Assembly (NCBI RefSeq): GCF_018977255.1 | Contig: NW_024705438.1 | Coordinates: forward strand, 1-44,627 | Direction: 5' to 3' | Source: Callorhinchus milii | Lineage: Eukaryota | Length of the DNA: 44,627 nt | Shown here: in pieces, positions 37,601 through 44,627 of the stretch | Numbering within the stretch: position 1 is the stretch's first letter | Layout of the letters: each line of letters opens with the position of its first letter | Made by a program: the position numbers and the translations under genes | The notes under the pieces: model-generated | Database searches by the model: none | Told to the model about the DNA's origin: nothing | What the model saw: only the letters and a program-made list of their open reading frames with translations

Positions 37601-39183
37601 AGTGTGTGTGTGTATGTGTGTGAGAGCAGTCAGAGTGTGTGTGAGAGAGCAGTCAGTATGTGTGTGTGTGAGAGCAGTCAGTATGTGTGAGAGCAGTCAG
37701 TGTGTGTGTGTGTGTGTGTGAGAGCAGTCAGTGTGTGTGTGTGAGAGCAGTCAGTGTGTGTGTGTGAGAGCAGTCAGTGTGTGTGAGAGAGAGCAGTCAG
37801 TGTGTGTGTGAGAGCAGTCAGTGTGTGTGTGTGAGAGAGCAGTCAGTGTGTGTGAGAGCAGTCAGTGTGTGTGTGTGTGAGAGAGAGCAGTCAGTGTGTG
37901 TGAGAGCAGTCAGTGTGTGTGTGTGTGAGAGAGCAGTCAGTGTGTGTGAGAGCAGTCAGTGTGTGTGTGAGAGAGGCAGTCAGTGTGTGTGTGAGAGCAG
38001 TCAGTGTGTGTGTGTGAGAGCAATCAGTGTGTGTGTTTGGGAGCAGTCAGTGTGTGAGAGCAGTCAGTGTGTGTGTGAGTGTGAGAGCAGTCAGTGTTTG
38101 TGTGTGTGTGAGAGCAATCGGTGTGTGTGTGGGAGAGCAGTCAGTGTGTGTGTGTGTGTGAGAGAGAGCAGTCAGTGTGTGTGTGTGTGAGAGCAGTCAG
38201 TGTGTGTGAGAGAGCAGTAAGTGTGTGTTTGGGAGAGCAGTCAGTGTGTGTGTGTGTGACAGAGAGCAGTCAGTGTGTGTGTGTGAGAGAGAGCAGTCAA
38301 TGTCTGTGTGTGTGTGTGTGTGTGTGAGAGAGCAGTCAGTGTGTGTGTGTGAGAGAGCAATCAGTGTGTGTGTGAGAAAAAGCAGACTGTGTGTGTGTGT
38401 GAGAGAGAGCAGTCAGTATGTGTGTATGTGTGTGTGAGAGAGAGCAGTCAGTGTGTATGTGTGTGAGAGCAGTCAATATGTGTGTGTTAGCGGTCAGTGT
38501 GTGTGTGTGTGTGTGTGAGAGCAGTCAGTGTGTGTGTGTGTGTGAGAAAGAGCAGTCAGTGTGTGTGTGTGTGTGTATGAGAGAGCAGTCAGTGTGTGTG
38601 AGAGCAGTCAGTGAGTGTGTGTGTGTGTGTGTGAGAGCAGTCAGTGTGTGTGTGTGAGAGCAGTCAGTGTGTGTGTGTGTGTGTGTGTGTGAGAGCAGTC
38701 AGTGTGTGTGTGAGAGCAGTCAGTGTGTGTGTGTGAGAGCAGTCAGTGTGTGTGAAAGCGGTCAGTGTGTGTGTTTGAGAGAGAGCAGTCAGTGTGTGTG
38801 TGTATGTGTGTGAGAGCAGTCAGAGTGTGTGTGAGAGAGCAGTCAGTATGTGTGTGTGTGAGAGCAGTCAGTGTGTGTGAGAGCGGTCAGTGTGTGTGTG
38901 TGTGTGTGAGAGCAGTCAGTGTGTGTGTGTGAGAGCAGTCAGTGTGTGTGTGTGAGAGCAGTCAGTGTGTGTGAGAGAGAGCAGTCAGTGTGTGTGAGAG
39001 CAGTCAGTGTGTGTGTGTGAGAGCAGTCAGTGTGTGTGAGAGCAGTCAGTGTGTGTGTGTGTGAGAGAGAGCAGTCAGTGTGTGTGAGAGCAGTCAGTGT
39101 GTGTGAGAGAGAGCAGTCAGTGTGTGTGAGAGCAGTCAGTGTGTGTGTGAGAGCAGTCAGTGTGTGTGTGTGAGAGAGAGCAA
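31072..39183 (+). repeat. 8.1-kb compound satellite (GA)xGCAGTCA(GT)y with ~975-bp and ~1.2-kb higher-order repeats
   Basis: Hundreds of GAGCAGTCA units; variant patterns recur at offsets 33032/34007 and 37218/38418. Confidence 0.97.
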
Positions 39184-39745
39184 TAACAACAACAAGATTC
39201 CATTGAAAGAGCGCCTTTCACGTCGGGAGGACGTCCCAAGGCGCTGCACAGTTGGGTCATGACCCGAGCATTGGGGGGAAATGGTCAGGGTGAGGGGAGG
39301 GAACGGAGGGAGTGAGGAGTGGGGAAATGGTCAGGATGAGGGGAGGGAAGGGAGGGAGCGAGGAGGGGGGAGAGAGTCGAGAGGGGAGCTGAAGGCTGAA
39401 GGTCAAAGAGAAAGGTCTTGAGACCGGCCTTGAAGGAGGAAAGGGAGGAAGCGGCGAAGGCACTGGGGATGGAGTTCCAGAGCCTCGGAGCTGAGAGGCT
39501 GAAGGCCACCGATGGTCGGGCGGTTGGGGCGGGGGATGTAGAGCAGACCGGAGCCAGAGGAACGGAGGGTACGGGCAGGTAAGTAGGGGGATAGTAGGTC
39601 GGAGAGGTAGGAGGGAGCGAGGCCGTGAATGGCCTTGTAGGTGAGGATGAGGGTCTTGAATTGGATCCTCTGGGGGATGGGGAGCCGGTGGAGGGGAGCG
39701 AGGGTGGGAGTGATGTGGTCGCGGTGTCTGGTGCGGGACAGTACC
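39181..39745 (-). mobile_element. 5'-truncated L2 LINE (same family as 10261-11295)
   Basis: [30 protein letters not shown]; near-identical 3' tail. Confidence 0.9.
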
Positions 39746-39907
39746 CAACTCATCCCACTTTCCCCTTCTTACCCCAAGTAGTCCCCCTGCTGTTACCCCA
39801 AATATTTCCACTCCCCTGCTCTCACCCCAACCAGTCCCACTCACACAGCTCTTACCGACCAATATTTCCCTTTCCGCCTCATCAATGGCGGTTGGTCCTG
39901 CAGCTTC

Positions 39908-40607
39908 TCACAGTCACTACACTTCCAGGTCAGGGTGAGAGACACAGTAACACAAAGTCACTACACTCCCAGGTCAGAGTGAGAAACACAGTGACACACA
40001 GTCACTACAATCCCAGGTCATGGTGAGAGACACAGTAACACACAGTCACTACACTCCCAGGTCAGGGTGAGAGACACAGTAACACACAGTCACTACACTC
40101 CCAGGTCAGGGTGAGAGACACAGTAACACACAGTCACTGCACTCCCAGGTCAGGGTGAGAGACACAGTAACACACAGTCACTACACTCCCAGGTCAGGGT
40201 GAGAGGCACAGTAACACACAGTCACTACACTCCCAGTTCAGGGTGAGAAACACAGTGACACACAGTCACTACACTCCCAGGTCCGGGTGAGAGACACAGC
40301 AACACACAGTCACTACACTCCCAGGTCAGGGTGAGAGACACAGTAACACACAGTCACTACACTCCCAGGTCAGGCTGAGAGACACAGTAACACACAGTCA
40401 CTACACTCCCAGGTCAGGGTGAGAGACACAGTAACACACAGTCACTGCACTCCCAGGTCAGGGTGAGAGACACAGTAACACACAGTCACTACACTCCCAG
40501 GTCAGGGTGAGAGACACAGTAACACACAGTCACTACACTCCCAGGTCAGGGTTACAGACACAGTGACACACAGTCACTACACTCCCAGGTCAGGGTGCGA
40601 GACACAG
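39908..40607 (+). repeat. 44-bp minisatellite CAGGGTGAGAGACACAGTAACACACAGTCACTACACTCCCAGGT, about 16 copies
   Basis: Highly homogeneous direct tandem repeats. Confidence 0.97.
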
Positions 40608-40609
40608 TT

Positions 40610-41630
40610 TTTGCGCGTGTGTGGTTGCGTGAGTGTGTTTGTGTGTGTGTGTTAATATTTGTCTGTGGATCATGTGTTTGTTTGCGTGTGTATGTGTACT
40701 GATGTGTGTGTGTGTGTGTTTCTGTGTGTGTCTATGTGTGTTTGTTTGCGTGTCTGTGCGTGTATTTGGCTGTGGGACATGTACTTGTGTGCGTATCTGC
40801 ATTTATGTGTGTGTGTGTGATTTTGTGTATGTTTGTGTGTGTGCGTGTGATTGTTTGTGCGCGTGTGTGTACGCGGAGGTGCGATGTTGGGTACATGTGT
40901 TTCAGTGCTCGTTGGTGGGTTTCTTGTTTGACTTTGTGTATATTTGCATATGTGTTTGTTTGTTTGTGTATCTATGTATGTGCATTTGTATGCGTGTTTG
41001 TGATTTTGTGTGTCTCTGTGTATTTATTTCTGTTTTTGTGTATGTTTGTATGTTTGTGTTTGTGTACTGTGTTTGTGGTGTGTACATGTGTGTGCGTGTT
41101 TGTGAGTTTGTTTGTGTGTATTCTTCTTTGTTTGTGTGTTTCTGTGTGTGTGTATCTGTGTGTGTTTGTGTGTAAGTTTGTGTATGTATGTTAGCTTGTG
41201 TTTACTTCTGTGTTGATGTGTGTTTACGTGTGTGCTTTTGCATGTGTTTGTGTGTGCGTTTGCGTGCGTGTCTGTGTGAGTATATGTTTGTGTGTGTCTC
41301 TCTGAGTGTGGGGGATTGTGTGCATTCGTGTGTCTGTGCTCTTTTGTGTGTTTCTGTGTGTGTTTTCGGACGTATGTGTTTGCGTCGGTGCGTTTGTGTG
41401 TGTGTGTGCATTTATTTATGTGCATGTGTGTGTATGTGTGTTTCTATATGTATGCGTGTATTTCAGTGTGTGTGTGTGTCTATGTGTGCACATCTGTGTG
41501 TGTTTGGGTGTTTGTGTCTGTTTGTATGTATCTGTATGTGGGTCATGTGTTTTTATGTGTGTGTGAGTAGGAATGTGTCTGTGGCTGCGTGTCTGTGTTG
41601 GTGTGTATCCTGGTGTGTGTGTGTGTGTGC
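40610..41630 (+). repeat. Degenerate (GT)n tract homologous to about 28200-28750
   Basis: Shared anchors gggggattgtgtgc, atgtgggtcatgtgttt, ttggtgtgtatcctggt. Confidence 0.9.
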
Positions 41631-41734
41631 ACTCCCCTACAACCTGTCCGGCATCAAACAAACTGTAAGTGACAGTGGGTTACACACTGTGTTTACTCTG
41701 ATCCCTGTTATGTCTCTGTGTCTCTGATCTCCAG

Positions 41735-41905
41735 GTTGGACAGTAACAATCTGACAGCGGATTGTACCGAGGATCTGACCTCCGCTCTCAGCACAAACCA
41801 CTCACTGACAGAGCTGAACCTGAATAATAATAATCTGGGAGATTGTGGAGTGAAGCGACTGTGTGAGGCTCTGAGGAACCCTGAGTGTAAAATACAGAGA
41901 CTGCG
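41735..41905 (+). CDS. Additional intact 171-nt RI-type LRR exon downstream of the terminal exon
   Basis: tctccag|G TTG GAC AGT AAC ... CTG CG|gtaagt; phase 2-2 and open ([56 protein letters not shown]). Whether it is expressed is unknown. Confidence 0.8.
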
Positions 41906-44627
41906 GTAAGTAACGCACTGTGTCTCCAGAGTCTGAATGACTCCAATATCTCAATGTGTTTATTGTGACTGTCTGATCAGTGCGGCTGAATATTGTGACA
42001 GGAATCGGTGTGACAGTGTGAAGCCACAAACCATCGTTTACATCAAACTCTCAACATGTGTTAATGTGTGTGTGTGGGTGTGTGTGTCTTTCTGTGTATG
42101 TGTCTGTGTGTGTGTCTCTGTGTCTGTGTGTGTGTGTGTGTGACTGTTATAATAATTTGCAACTCTCTCCAACAATTTTAAAATGACCCGATTCCAGTTT
42201 ACCTACTGGTTGAGTTCAGTCACTATATTCAGGTCAAAACAGCAGGAAATGCACAAGTAAATGAAACAATAAAGTAATACACAAGACACAAAGTGGTACC
42301 GAGCGGATTCCTGTCACAGCCCTGGTCGTGTCTCGCACTGCTCCGCTCCCGTTCCCGAGAGATATCTAACACACCTTTGTTTAAGGACAACTGAATAACT
42401 CCAGACAAAGCTCTCTTTTTTTAAGAAAAAGAACTCCTTATATGGTCCTATTCATAAAATGTTCCAATTCCCCCTTTAACACAGTTGATTCTCTCCTGAT
42501 CAGTCTCTTCCTCCAGTGTGTGTGAACAGACTTTCTGTGTCCCTGTAAGTCCTGACCTTATATTGCCATTGGTTTGGGTTCTGCCTTCAGTCACTGAGCT
42601 TTGCCGCCTTTGTACTTCTATTTTAGATTTTTGAACCACACTTTAACATTAACCCAAGACAACACTGTGTGTATGTATGTCTCTGTGTGTGTGTGTGTCA
42701 GTGCATGCGTTTGTGTATATGTGTGTGTATGTGTGTGTTTGTGTATGTATTCGTGTGTGTGTCAATGCATCTGCTTTTTTGTGTGTGTGTTTGCGTGTCT
42801 CTGTGTATGTGTGCGTTTGCCTGTGTGTGTGGGTCTGTGTGCTTTTGTGAGTGCTTTCGTAAGTGTGTGTATGTGTGTGTGAGCGATTGTTTGTGTGTGT
42901 GTTTGTCTTTGTTTCTGTATTTGTGAGTGTGTTTTTGAGTATATCTATACATACGTATGCTATGTATCTCGATTTGTTTATATGAATGTCCCTGTCTGTG
43001 TGTGTGTGTTTCTGCGGGGTTTTTTGTGTCTCTGTGTGTATTAGTGTTCGACTGTGTTTGCTTGTGTGTACGTTTGTTTGTGTGTGTGTCTTTGTGTGTT
43101 TGTTTGTTTGTGTGTTTGGTGTGTGTATTTGTGTGACTTCGTGCTTGTGAGTGAGTGTGTCAGAGCCTTGGGACATCCGACATGAAAGGCGATATACAAC
43201 TGTAATCTTGTTGTTGTTGTTGTTGTGTGCGTTTGTGTATGTTCCTGTGAGTGTGTGCGACTGTGTGTGTGTTTGTGTGTGTGTTCCTGTGAGTGTGCGC
43301 GATTGTGTGTGTGTTTGTGTGTGTTCCTGTGAGTGTGCGCGATTGTGTGTGTGTATCCCAGAGGATCGAGTTCAAGATCGTCGTCCTCACCTTTAAGGCC
43401 ATCCATGGCCTCGCCCCCTCCTCCCCTCTCTGACCTGCTGACTCCCTACCAACCTGCCCGCTCCCTCCGGCCAGTGGGCTCCGGGCTGCTCCATGTCTCC
43501 CGCCCGACCCGCCCTCCCATCGGTGTCTGGGCTTTCAGCCTCTCTGCCCCACACTCTGGGACTCCATCCCACGGTCCCTTCCCCTCACTTCCTCTCTTGT
43601 CTCCTTCAAGGTCGGTCTCAAGACCCTTCTCTTCGATCGTGGCTTTGGTCTCCCTCCCACCTCTCTGCCTTCCCTCACTCCTACCCCACCCCTCCTCACT
43701 CCTCCCCTCGCCACCCCTCCCCCACTCCTCGCCACCCCTCCCCCACCCCTCCCCACCCCTCCCCCACCCCTCCACACCCCTCCCCCATGCTCAGGCCCCG
43801 ACACCTGACTGTTCAGCGCTTTGGGACGTCCTGCCGACGTGAAAGGCGCTCTGTAAATGCAATTTTATTGATGTTATTGGGTATTTGCGTGTGTGTGTTT
43901 GTGTGTGTGTGAGTGTGTGCGCGTGTCTGCTGGTATGTGCGTGGTTGTGTCTGTGTGCTTGCACGTTTGTTTGTTTGGTTGTGTGTATGTGTATTTATGT
44001 TTGTGTGCTTTTCTGTGTGTGTTTGTGTGTGTGTATTTTGTGTGTGTGTGTTTGCGTATGTTTGTCTGTGTGAATCTATGTATGTGTTTTTATGTCTCTG
44101 TTTGTATTTGATTTTGGGTTTCTGTGTTTGTCTGTGTGTTTTTGAATGTGTGTCTGTTTGTCTTTATATATATTTCTATGTGTGTGTGTGTGATTGTGTG
44201 TTGTGTTTTTGTGTGCTTATTTGGGAGTTTGTTTTTGTGTGTCTTTGTTTGTGTGTTTCTGTGTGTATTTGTGCGTGTGTTATCACGTGTATGATTATGT
44301 ATGTTTGTGTATGCCTGTGTATGTGTACGTGTGTGTAATTGTGTGCGTTTTCTGCGTGTGTGTGTTTACGTGTATGTTTGCGTGTGTTTGTGTGTGTCCG
44401 TTTGTTTTTATGTTTCTGTGAGTGTGTGTGTTTGTTTCTGTGTGTTTCTCTGTGTATATGTGTCTGTGGGTCTGTATCTGTGTGTGTGTATTTGTCTGTG
44501 CGACATGTGTTTGTTTCTGTGTGTATGTGTCTGCTTGCATGAGTGTGTTTGCGTGTGTTTCCGTGTGTGTGTGTTTACTTGTCTGTGGGTCATGCGTTTG
44601 TGTGTGTGACTGAGTGTATTTGTCTGT
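41906..44627 (+). repeat. Duplicate of the LRR intron starting at 25639 (unique part, L2 fragment, GT tracts)
   Basis: 41906-42670 is colinear with 25639-26360; 43160-43870 with 26650-27495; 44040-44610 with about 28780-29240. Confidence 0.92.
43356..43865 (+). mobile_element. L2 3' fragment (positional counterpart of 26760-27490)
   Basis: cccagaggatcgagttcaagatcgtcgtcctcacc...tttgggacgtcctgccgacgtgaaaggcgctctgtaaatgc. Confidence 0.85.

Noticed and set aside
39987..40567. CACAGTG heptamers in the 44-bp array and CACTGTG beside LRR splice sites, suggesting RAG recombination signals
   Set aside because: No convincing ACAAAAACC nonamer at 12/23 spacing, and the heptamer is expected by chance in CA/GT-rich DNA.
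31072..40607. CRISPR-like appearance of the satellite and the 44-bp array
   Set aside because: There are no unique spacers and no cas genes, and the context is eukaryotic.
26293..44613. Dozens of Cys/Val-rich or Thr/His-rich ORFs (e.g. 27798-28964, 388 aa)
   Set aside because: They are translations of (GT)n/(CA)n tracts that lack stop codons by composition, with no domain signal.

Overview
Eukaryotic (vertebrate) genomic DNA, most likely from a cartilaginous fish; this is inferred from the CR1/L2 LINEs, the Deu-type tRNA-SINEs and the style of the NLR. The window holds one complete, spliced + strand NLR immune-receptor gene, reconstructed by hand from 8 phase-compatible GT-AG coding exons (7837-30667, 2601 nt, 866 aa). 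Its architecture is N-myristoylation motif (MGGSSSK), CARD-like death fold, FISNA-like segment, NACHT, HD2 and a short RI-type LRR tail. Upstream is a triplicated 81/82-nt exon whose donor is in frame with the ATG exon. Downstream of the stop codon lie an 8.1-kb GAGCAGTCA(GT)n satellite with higher-order repeats, a 44-bp minisatellite, and a second intact 171-nt LRR exon. That exon sits between near-identical copies of the gene's own LRR-intron ends, so it is a candidate alternative or swappable LRR cassette. The rest is LINE/SINE debris and GA/GT low-complexity DNA, and almost all other ORFs in the track are spurious. Repeat boundaries are approximate and read by eye.
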